Source of the DNA: an uncultured Gammaproteobacteria bacterium
Lineage (GTDB): Bacteria > Patescibacteriota > Microgenomatia > UBA10105 > UBA927
Assembly (NCBI GenBank): GCA_964629685.1
Contig: CAZVTT010000001.1
Coordinates: forward strand, 833,319-897,318
Direction: 5' to 3'
DNA length: 64,000 nucleotides
The position numbers and the translations under genes were made by a program. The notes under the pieces were generated by a model. That model saw nothing but the letters and a program-made list of their open reading frames with translations. It was not told the origin of the DNA and searched no databases. Within the stretch, counting starts at the first letter, position 1, and each line of letters starts with the position of its first letter. This document shows positions 36,676 to 44,423 of the stretch, piece by piece.

Positions 36676-39558
36676 ATGGCTACACACAAAATTACCGATT
36701 ATCAGAAAAAAATTAGTCTTCCTGAATTGGAACACACACTCCTGGATTATTGGGATCAAATTAAAGCTTTTGAATTATCGGTTTCAGAACGGGATGCTTC
36801 CAAGTCATATGTATTTTATGACGGTCCGCCTTTTGCTACCGGACTTCCTCATTATGGTCATATATTGGCTTCCACGATAAAAGATGTGATTCCCCGCTAC
36901 TGGACTATGAAGGGATATAGAGTTGAACGCGTATGGGGTTGGGATTGTCATGGCATACCTATCGAAAACATAATCGAGAAGGAATTAAATCTTAAAGGCG
37001 GGAAAAAAGGGATAGAGGAATTAGGAATAGATAGGTTTAATGCAGCTTGCCGCAGTACCATAATGCGGTTTGATAAAGAGTGGGAAAAAGTTATCCGCCG
37101 GATCGGCCGTTGGGTGGATTTTAAAAACTCGTATAAGACCATGGATAACTCCTACATGGAATCCGTTTGGTGGGCTTTCAAAACACTAAACGACAAAGGG
37201 TTTGTGTATGAAGGTAAAAAAGTAATACTTTATTGTCCGAGATGTGCTACTCCGCTTTCAAACTTTGAAATAGCGATGGATAACAGTTATAAGGAAGTGG
37301 AAGACAACTCGGTTTACGTGTTATTTCAATCAAAAGCTGCCCCAAACGAGTATTTTATGGCTTGGACCACTACTCCCTGGACGCTAATAGGGAACGTTGC
37401 ACTGGCTGTTTCTCCCTCAGCCAAATACGTAAAAGTAAGTATTGGGGATAAGGTCGTCTGGTTGGCAGAAACATTGGCGTCTAAAGTACTTCAGGAAGAA
37501 GATTGGCAAGTAAAGGTTCTCGAAACTGCAACTGGCGAGCAATTGGTCGGAAAAGAATACGAACCGCTGTACACCTATATGCCACTGGAAGGTAAAAAGG
37601 CGTATTACATAGTTTCCGCGGATTTTGTATCCCTGGAAGAGGGTACCGGTATAGTTCATACGGCAGCAATTTTCGGAGAGGATGATTACAAATTAGCTTT
37701 AGCCAAAAATTTACCGTGTGTACCAACGCTTGATGATCAGGGGAGATATTTAGACTTTGTAACTCCGTTATCGGGTATCTTTTATAAGAAATCCGAGCAG
37801 TGGGTGGTCGATGACCTTATAAGCCGCGATTTGATGTTCCGTGCGGAAAAAATAGTTCATTCATATCCGTTTTGTTACCGATGTGAGACACCACTTTATT
37901 ATAACGCAGTTCCCGCCTGGTTTATAAACGTGCAAACATTAAAACCGGAGCTTATCACACAAAACAAAACGATTAACTGGTATCCGGATCATTTAAAGTT
38001 AGGACGCTTTGGTAAAGGGCTCGAGACTGCACCTGATTGGAATATTTCCCGGTCGCGATACTGGGGCACTCCTATGCCGGTATGGGTGGGAGAAAAAACC
38101 GGTAAAAAACGAATTATTGGTTCAGTGGCGGAACTTAAACAGTGGGCGGTAGATCCGACGGTCGTTGATAATCTCCATGATTTGCATCGGGAATTTATCG
38201 ACGGTTTGGACGTTTGGGTGGATGATGAAAAAACTGAAAAAGGCAGACGGATACCGGAAGTATTTGACTGTTGGGTAGAATCGGGTAGCATGCCGTACGC
38301 TTCAATTCACTATCCATTTCATAATAAAGAACGATTTGAACAGTCACATCCTGCACAATTTATAGCAGAATATATTGCGCAAACCCGGGCGTGGTTCTAT
38401 ACCCTCCACGTCATGTCAGTCGGACTTTTCGGAAAAGCTACGTTTGAAAACGCTGTGACGACAGGTACTATTTTGGCTGAAGACGGAACCAAAATGAGTA
38501 AGTCAAAGAAGAATTATCCAGATCCTACCGTGTTGTTTGAAAAATACGGAGTCGATGCGTTGCGGTTTTATCTGATGGGTTCAGTGGTGATGAAAGCGGA
38601 AAATGTTAATTTTTCTGAAGCTCAGGTGAAGGAAATCTACCAGAAATTGATCAATACGTTTTGGAACGTATTTTCTTTTTATAAATTATTCGCTGATCCG
38701 AAGCTTCAGGTAAAGGATAAACCGAAGGCTGAACATGTGCTGGACAGGTGGGTAGTGAGCAAAACGGAAAGACTGGTGAAGGAAGCCACGGCGGCATTGG
38801 ATAAATATGATACGGTCACATACTGTCGTATTGTTCAGGAGTTTGTTACTGAGTTATCTACATGGTATGTACGCCGGAGTCGGGATCGGATCCGAACGGA
38901 TAGTACATCACAGCATGTACTGGGTTGGGTAATTCATACAGCCTGCGTTGTGCTTGCTCCCATAATGCCGTTTATTACGGAACTCGTTTTTACAAACTTA
39001 CATGATGATGCACGATCTGTACATTTGGAGTTCTGGCCTACTGCAAATGAAGATCTGATAGACGATAAATTGGAACGGTCTATGGAGTTAGCCAGAACGA
39101 TTGTTGAATGCGGGCATGCGGTGCGAAAAGCAGAAGGCGTTAAAGTTCGGCAACCGTTAGCTGCCCTTTCAATAGCATTAGATTCGGATGTGCAGCGCTT
39201 GCCTGAAGAATTTGATGAACTCCTGAAAGAAGAGTTAAATGTGAAACAAGTAGACTGGGCAAAGAGCAAAACAAAGAAGGCAAATGAACTTCCTGAAAAT
39301 GCTGTTCAGGATAAAGTTGTGGTAAGCTACGATTTGGAACTAACTCCGGAGCTTGTAGCTGAAGGAGAGTCACGTGAGCTGATACGGCAAATACAAACCA
39401 TTCGGAAGGAAATGGGTTGCCGGATGGATCAGCGGATATCTCTGCAGTTGCCGAAAAGACACAATACTTTGGCAGAGAGTTTCCTGAAGCAGATTGCTAC
39501 GGAAACGTTGGCAGATAAAATAACATGGGGAGATACACTGGAGGTATTAACTGGATAG
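36676..39558 (+). CDS. ileS: Isoleucine--tRNA ligase, type 2
   Basis: DGPPFATGLPHYGH, GWDCHG, WTTTPWT, GTGIVH, DWNISRSRYWG, KMSKS. Confidence 0.97.
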   Translation: MATHKITDYQKKISLPELEHTLLDYWDQIKAFELSVSERDASKSYVFYDGPPFATGLPHYGHILASTIKDVIPRYWTMKGYRVERVWGWDCHGIPIENIIEKELNLKGGKKGIEELGIDRFNAACRSTIMRFDKEWEKVIRRIGRWVDFKNSYKTMDNSYMESVWWAFKTLNDKGFVYEGKKVILYCPRCATPLSNFEIAMDNSYKEVEDNSVYVLFQSKAAPNEYFMAWTTTPWTLIGNVALAVSPSAKYVKVSIGDKVVWLAETLASKVLQEEDWQVKVLETATGEQLVGKEYEPLYTYMPLEGKKAYYIVSADFVSLEEGTGIVHTAAIFGEDDYKLALAKNLPCVPTLDDQGRYLDFVTPLSGIFYKKSEQWVVDDLISRDLMFRAEKIVHSYPFCYRCETPLYYNAVPAWFINVQTLKPELITQNKTINWYPDHLKLGRFGKGLETAPDWNISRSRYWGTPMPVWVGEKTGKKRIIGSVAELKQWAVDPTVVDNLHDLHREFIDGLDVWVDDEKTEKGRRIPEVFDCWVESGSMPYASIHYPFHNKERFEQSHPAQFIAEYIAQTRAWFYTLHVMSVGLFGKATFENAVTTGTILAEDGTKMSKSKKNYPDPTVLFEKYGVDALRFYLMGSVVMKAENVNFSEAQVKEIYQKLINTFWNVFSFYKLFADPKLQVKDKPKAEHVLDRWVVSKTERLVKEATAALDKYDTVTYCRIVQEFVTELSTWYVRRSRDRIRTDSTSQHVLGWVIHTACVVLAPIMPFITELVFTNLHDDARSVHLEFWPTANEDLIDDKLERSMELARTIVECGHAVRKAEGVKVRQPLAALSIALDSDVQRLPEEFDELLKEELNVKQVDWAKSKTKKANELPENAVQDKVVVSYDLELTPELVAEGESRELIRQIQTIRKEMGCRMDQRISLQLPKRHNTLAESFLKQIATETLADKITWGDTLEVLTG

Positions 39559-40607
39559 ATACCATTGCATTGTTATGCCTTGGGTTGTTTGGGTTGTTTA
39601 TTCTTCTTACCATAAATAGCAGCCTCTTTGTTCAACAATTTGTGTTCTTAGCGGTTGGGTTTGTTATTCTCTGGTTAACGTCCCGAGTTCAACCTCAATT
39701 TTACTGGTGGTTTGCTCCGTTTGGTTATGTAATTTCGTTATTTTTTCTTATTCTGACGTATTTTAGTCCGGAGATACGCGGTGCCGCTCGTTGGATAACC
39801 GTATTCGGTATTCAGTTTCAGCCGTCGGAGTTAGTTAAACCGTTAGTATTACTGGCAATAGCCAGATTCATTTCTCAATTTCCTCCCAGAAAAATCAGAT
39901 ATCTGCCGTTTCACATTATTATTTTTTTGATTCCCTTTCTCCTGGTTTTTAAGCAACCGGACTTGGGGAGTAGTATCGTGTATTTTGTTATGTGGTTTGC
40001 CATGATGTTGGCCGGAGGATTGCCGATATCAGTGGTTGTTATTACGGCACTGGGTGGAAGTGTCCTTCTTCCTTGGGGCTGGCATGCGTTAGAGGGGTAC
40101 CAGAAAGCAAGAATATTAACATTTGTTAATCCTGACTATGACCCGCAAGGTGCAGGCTATAATGCGGTACAGGCCATGATCGCTGTTGGGAGCGGACAAT
40201 TATTTGGTAGGGGGTTAGGTAGGGGGACGCAAAGTCATTTACGATTCCTCCCCGAATATCACACCGACTTTATTTTCGCGACGCTTATAGAGGAATTAGG
40301 GCTTATTGGAGGGTTGGCACTCATCAGTGTCTATGGATTTTTCCTTTGGCGCCTGCTTGCTCCGCTTTTACGGGGAAAGATTGTTGATATATTTCCGTAT
40401 ACGTATTCAGTCGGGTTATTCGGAATCCTGCTTACACAGCTATTCGTAAATGTCGGTATGAATATGGGTTTGATACCCATAACCGGTATTACTTTGCCGT
40501 TTGTGTCTTACGGCGGTAGTTCAATAATCTCTATTTCCGTTTCTATTGGAATACTATGGGCTATAGTGTATAAGAAAACTGACGGGCAAAGCATTGCAAT
40601 TCGTTAA
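39525..40607 (+). CDS. rodA: SEDS protein RodA
   Basis: RGAARWI, QPSELVK, QPDLGS, GTQSHLRFLPEYHTDFIF, GITLPFVSYGGSS; second SEDS paralog, outside dcw. Confidence 0.88.
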   Translation: MGRYTGGINWIDTIALLCLGLFGLFILLTINSSLFVQQFVFLAVGFVILWLTSRVQPQFYWWFAPFGYVISLFFLILTYFSPEIRGAARWITVFGIQFQPSELVKPLVLLAIARFISQFPPRKIRYLPFHIIIFLIPFLLVFKQPDLGSSIVYFVMWFAMMLAGGLPISVVVITALGGSVLLPWGWHALEGYQKARILTFVNPDYDPQGAGYNAVQAMIAVGSGQLFGRGLGRGTQSHLRFLPEYHTDFIFATLIEELGLIGGLALISVYGFFLWRLLAPLLRGKIVDIFPYTYSVGLFGILLTQLFVNVGMNMGLIPITGITLPFVSYGGSSIISISVSIGILWAIVYKKTDGQSIAIR

Positions 40608-40622
40608 GTATATTGGTACAAT
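40594..40622 (+). promoter_or_regulatory. Sigma70 promoter predicting a leaderless rplU transcript
   Basis: TTGCAA, 17-nt spacer, TG-n-TACAAT, then 7 nt to ATG 40630. No SD. Confidence 0.7.
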
Positions 40623-40629
40623 GCGACGT

Positions 40630-40944
40630 ATGATTGTTGTTGTTCGTATCGGCGGAAAGCAATATAAAGTTCAGGAAGGTGACACGCTTGAGGTCAACCG
40701 TCTTGATGGTGCTGTGGGAGAAACCCTTACCCTCACTGATGTGTTGCTTACCGAAAAAGATGGCAAGACAGAAGTCGGTACGCCAAATGTAAAGGGAATT
40801 ACCGTCTCGGCCAAAATTGCGGCACAGGGAAAAGGGAAAAAAGTGGAAGTCCGCAGATACAAACCCAAGGTCCGTTACCGAAAGCAGAATGGTTTTCGGC
40901 CGACCATCACAACACTTACTATTACGGCAATTAGCCGAGCATGA
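40630..40944 (+). CDS. rplU: 50S ribosomal protein L21
   Basis: MIVVVRIGGKQYKV..GD, VGTP, KGKKV, GFR. Confidence 0.95.
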   Translation: MIVVVRIGGKQYKVQEGDTLEVNRLDGAVGETLTLTDVLLTEKDGKTEVGTPNVKGITVSAKIAAQGKGKKVEVRRYKPKVRYRKQNGFRPTITTLTITAISRA

Positions 40945-42122
40945 AACAGTATTTATTTCTGTCCGGACGTACCCCTGATTTAGCTTCACTAGAATTACGT
41001 TCCGTAGCCCCCAATGTTGCGATAACCGCTGTTACACCTTCCGTTTTGGAGGTTTCACTAGAAACAGAGCAGGCTCATCAGGTATTTAAACGGCTTGGAG
41101 GAATGATCCGTCTGGCGGAAAATCTGGCAACTATTGATAAACTGACGGCAGAGAATATTGCCGAGCACATAGATACTTCAACAGATGTTTCCAAAATCAC
41201 GTTTGGCATAAGCAGTACAGATCCTGGACAGCATATTTCTCCTGATTTATTGCGTGGGGTAAAGGATATTTTGCATTCACGGGGTATTTCTTCCCGTTTT
41301 GTACAGGCAACTCATGACTCGATGTTGTCATCCGTGGTAATTCAGTCACAGTCACTCATTGAGTTTATTGTAATTCCGACAGTATCCGGTATCCGTCTAG
41401 CACGGACAATTGCTGTACAAGATTATGAGGAGTGGAATAAACGGGATTATGATCGCCCGAGGAGTGATCCAAAAGCAGGAATGCTGCCTCCCAAAGTAGC
41501 CCGTATGGCCGTAAATATTGCGTTAGGATCTTTTCCAGAAGGAAAAGTACTCGTGGATCCGTTTTGTGGTATGGGTACCGTGCTGGCAGAGTCATGTATG
41601 CTTGGCTGTGAGGCTGTGGGAATTGATATTGTGGATACTGCCGTAAGTGGTGCTACACAGAATTTAGCCTGGCTTGCTAAAACATACGGTTTGTCTGTAA
41701 AAACGCGGGTAGAGATAGGTGATGCTACGCATTTATCGGGTATACTTAACTCAGAAAGCGTTGATGTCATTGTTACGGAACCGTTTATGGGTTCAACCAA
41801 ATACGCTAATGAACAACCTTCGCCGGATAAGATTAAAGACGTTGTAAAGGGTCTTGAACGTCTATATATCGGGTGTTTGAAAGATTGGTGGCAAGTGCTT
41901 AAACCAGACGGTGTAGTGGTTATGGCGTTACCGGAATATACGGTAAATAAACGTCAGTATTTCGTGAAAAAAATAGTTGACAGCTGTGAAAACTTTGGAT
42001 ATACTATTTCGGCTGGTCCTATAGAGTATAGTCGGCCTCAGGCAGTTGTGAAGCGGCTATTCTATAAATTCCAACGGTTGCCGAAAAAAGAAAATAGCCG
42101 TATAATTCCAGCGGAGGATTGA
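40941..42122 (+). CDS. Trm11/TrmG10-like SAM-dependent RNA methyltransferase
   Basis: RDYDRP..D...GMLPPKVARMAVN, DPFCGMGTVL, GDAT, VTEPFMG (NPPY-like motif); large N-terminal region possibly THUMP-like. Confidence 0.65.
   Translation: MKQYLFLSGRTPDLASLELRSVAPNVAITAVTPSVLEVSLETEQAHQVFKRLGGMIRLAENLATIDKLTAENIAEHIDTSTDVSKITFGISSTDPGQHISPDLLRGVKDILHSRGISSRFVQATHDSMLSSVVIQSQSLIEFIVIPTVSGIRLARTIAVQDYEEWNKRDYDRPRSDPKAGMLPPKVARMAVNIALGSFPEGKVLVDPFCGMGTVLAESCMLGCEAVGIDIVDTAVSGATQNLAWLAKTYGLSVKTRVEIGDATHLSGILNSESVDVIVTEPFMGSTKYANEQPSPDKIKDVVKGLERLYIGCLKDWWQVLKPDGVVVMALPEYTVNKRQYFVKKIVDSCENFGYTISAGPIEYSRPQAVVKRLFYKFQRLPKKENSRIIPAED
41977..42106 (+). promoter_or_regulatory. Two internal sigma70 promoters upstream of rpmA
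   Basis: TTGACA-17-TATACT (41977-42005) and TTGCCG-17-TATAAT (42078-42106). SD GGAGG precedes rpmA. Confidence 0.65.
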
Positions 42123-42125
42123 ACT

Positions 42126-42371
42126 ATGGCACACGTTAAAGCAGGTGGAGTCGCAAAAGGAAATAAAGATTCACAGTCAAAGCGTCTCGGCGTAAAAATT
42201 TATGGTGGTCAACATGCAGTAAATGGAAACATTATCGTGCGTCAAAAGGGCACCAAATATGCTCCAGGAAATGGCGTAAGGATCGGTCGGGATTTTACGA
42301 TCTATGCCATTAAAGATGGTGTCGTCGAATTCAGCACAAAACTGGGTAAACAACTCGTTTCTGTCGTCTAA
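42126..42371 (+). CDS. rpmA: 50S ribosomal protein L27
   Basis: MAHVKAGG..KDSQSKRLGVK, IIVRQKGTK, GRDFTIYA. Confidence 0.97.
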   Translation: MAHVKAGGVAKGNKDSQSKRLGVKIYGGQHAVNGNIIVRQKGTKYAPGNGVRIGRDFTIYAIKDGVVEFSTKLGKQLVSVV

Positions 42372-42376
42372 GATAC

Positions 42377-43204
42377 ATGCCGGATACACAACAAGTATTG
42401 TTTTTGGAAATAGACATGGTGCAGCCTAACCCGCTCCAACCTCGAGGTCTTATTCCTCCGGATTCCCTTAACGATCTTGTAAATTCCATTCGTGAACACG
42501 GTATTATTGAGCCGCTTGTTGTTGCGAAAACCCCTGCAGGATACCAGCTTATTGCCGGTGAGCGTCGCTGGAGGGCTTCTAAATTAGCAGGATTAACTTC
42601 CGTTCCTGTGCTCATAAAAGAAACTACTTCCCGTGGGATGTTGGAAATGGCTATCGTGGAAAACGTGCAGCGTGAAGATCTTAATCCTATTGAACGCGCA
42701 CAGGCATTTCAACGTCTTATTGAAGAATTCGGGTTGCCGCTAACGGAAATAGCCAAGCGAATCGGAAAAAGTGAATCTTATGTTTCCAATACTATGCGGT
42801 TAATGTCTTTACCTGATGCGGTTAAAGATGGTCTTATATCCGGAGCGATAAGCGAAGGTCACGCCCGAGCCATTGCAGGTCTCGGTGATATTAAATTGAT
42901 GGTCGAGGCGTATAAAACAATTTTATCGGAGAATGCCTCCGTACGGCGGGCAGAGGATTTGGCCAGAAGGTTAAAAGCGCAGATAGATAAAAAACCACAA
43001 ATGAAGATAGAACGTATTCATAGTGACGAACTGGACACTATGGCGCGGGATTTGGCGCAATCCGTAAACGGGCTGGTAAAAATTACTCAATCAAAGGTAG
43101 AAGCCAGGCTGGTATTTGTAATACGCGGGAATCTGGAAAGTACCAGTAAGACGCTTAAGATGGTGCATGAAACCCTCGCTACTTCTAAAAAAGATACAGA
43201 ATAG
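42377..43204 (+). CDS. parB: ParB/Spo0J chromosome partitioning protein
   Basis: NPLQPR, SIREHGIIEP, IAGERRWRA, ENVQREDLNPIE, HTH, SEGHARA. Confidence 0.93.
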   Translation: MPDTQQVLFLEIDMVQPNPLQPRGLIPPDSLNDLVNSIREHGIIEPLVVAKTPAGYQLIAGERRWRASKLAGLTSVPVLIKETTSRGMLEMAIVENVQREDLNPIERAQAFQRLIEEFGLPLTEIAKRIGKSESYVSNTMRLMSLPDAVKDGLISGAISEGHARAIAGLGDIKLMVEAYKTILSENASVRRAEDLARRLKAQIDKKPQMKIERIHSDELDTMARDLAQSVNGLVKITQSKVEARLVFVIRGNLESTSKTLKMVHETLATSKKDTE

Positions 43205-43250
43205 CCTTCTTAGAAGCATAACCGTAAATCCCAAAAATTATTTTATTTTT

Positions 43251-43814
43251 TTAGAGAGAATACGTGGGGTGAGGTAATATCTCGGCTCTGGCAAATGGCC
43301 AGTATCGTAAAAATGCCATGCCGATAAAGTCCTCTTTACCTATAGGACCGAATTCGCGGGAATCCGCACTATGCGGGCGATTGTCGCCGACGACGAAATA
43401 TTTGCCTTCAGGTACTATAATTTCCATATCTTCCTGAAGAAAAGATCCGCCATAAATTGGTGTATCTGTAGGAATATAAGGTTCTTCTACGATCTGATCG
43501 TTTACGTAAAACGCATTTTCATGTAGTCGTACTCGCTCACCGGGTAGTCCTATAATTCTTTTAATATAGTCGATTTCTTTATTTTTGGGAGATTTAAAAA
43601 TAACAATATCACCGCGTTGCGGATCCCGAAATTTGTATATTACTTTATTTGTAAGAATATATTCACCGTTGTGGAAGAAAGGATCCATGGATTGGCCATT
43701 AATTTCTTGGGGAGAAATGATGAATAAATACAACATTACCATTACAGCCATGACAACAACTATGGATTGTAAAAAATCAAAAATGGCTGCTACAATGCGC
43801 TTTACTCCATCCAT
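43251..43814 (-). CDS. lepB: Signal peptidase I
   Basis: GQSMDP (Ser), YIKRIIGLPG (Lys), GDNRPHSADSREFG. Upstream TTGACG-17-TACACT promoter. Confidence 0.96.
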   Translation of the reverse strand: MDGVKRIVAAIFDFLQSIVVVMAVMVMLYLFIISPQEINGQSMDPFFHNGEYILTNKVIYKFRDPQRGDIVIFKSPKNKEIDYIKRIIGLPGERVRLHENAFYVNDQIVEEPYIPTDTPIYGGSFLQEDMEIIVPEGKYFVVGDNRPHSADSREFGPIGKEDFIGMAFLRYWPFARAEILPHPTYSL

Positions 43815-43961
43815 GGGTTCTTCCTCTCATTAAGTGTAGGTGATATAATACCTATCGTCAAGGCTTGTAATACCGGTCTAGTTTGTAATATTGTTATCGA
43901 GCGAAACGAATACGCAGTAGGTGGGAAGGCTTGGAACGAACCGTATGTTTTGTTCCGCAAA

Positions 43962-44035
43962 GGATCCATAGCTCAGTTGGTTAGAGCGTTGCATTGACAT
44001 TGCAAAGGTCAGAGGTCCGAATCCTCTTGGATCCA
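43962..44035 (+). tRNA. tRNA-Val(GAC), CCA not encoded
   Basis: Acceptor GGATCCA/TGGATCC, D arm GCTC/GAGC, anticodon arm TTGCA-TTGACAT-TGCAA, T arm AGAGG-TCCGAAT-CCTCT, discriminator A. Confidence 0.95.
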
Positions 44036-44075
44036 CAAATTATGATTTTTTATCGTAAAGTACTACGATAAATGT

Positions 44076-44423
44076 ATGGTACTGATCAATCTCCGGAAAA
44101 TTCCTCCATTTGCGGTTTGGTATGTATTTTTAACCGTATTCATCCTTATTGCAGGCATTGAACAAACTCTGGAAGTATGTCCCTCAGAACCTTTATGCAT
44201 GATTGGGCGCTATTTGTTCAGTAGTGTTTTGATGGTCTCAGCAGTTATCTATTCACTTATACTTATAGCTCTATTTAAAAAGAAGAAGTATAGGAACATG
44301 AATATATTTGTATATTTTTTTATCGGTATGATTTCCGTTATTTTGTCTGCAGTGCTACTGGTAGTGGTGCTTACATTACGTTTGGATTTATTCCTGCAGT
44401 TTACCGGATTACTTCGGTATTAG
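44076..44423 (+). CDS. Small hypothetical membrane protein (about 3 TM)
   Basis: Three hydrophobic stretches; TACGAT lies 6 nt before the ATG. Confidence 0.55.
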   Translation: MVLINLRKIPPFAVWYVFLTVFILIAGIEQTLEVCPSEPLCMIGRYLFSSVLMVSAVIYSLILIALFKKKKYRNMNIFVYFFIGMISVILSAVLLVVVLTLRLDLFLQFTGLLRY

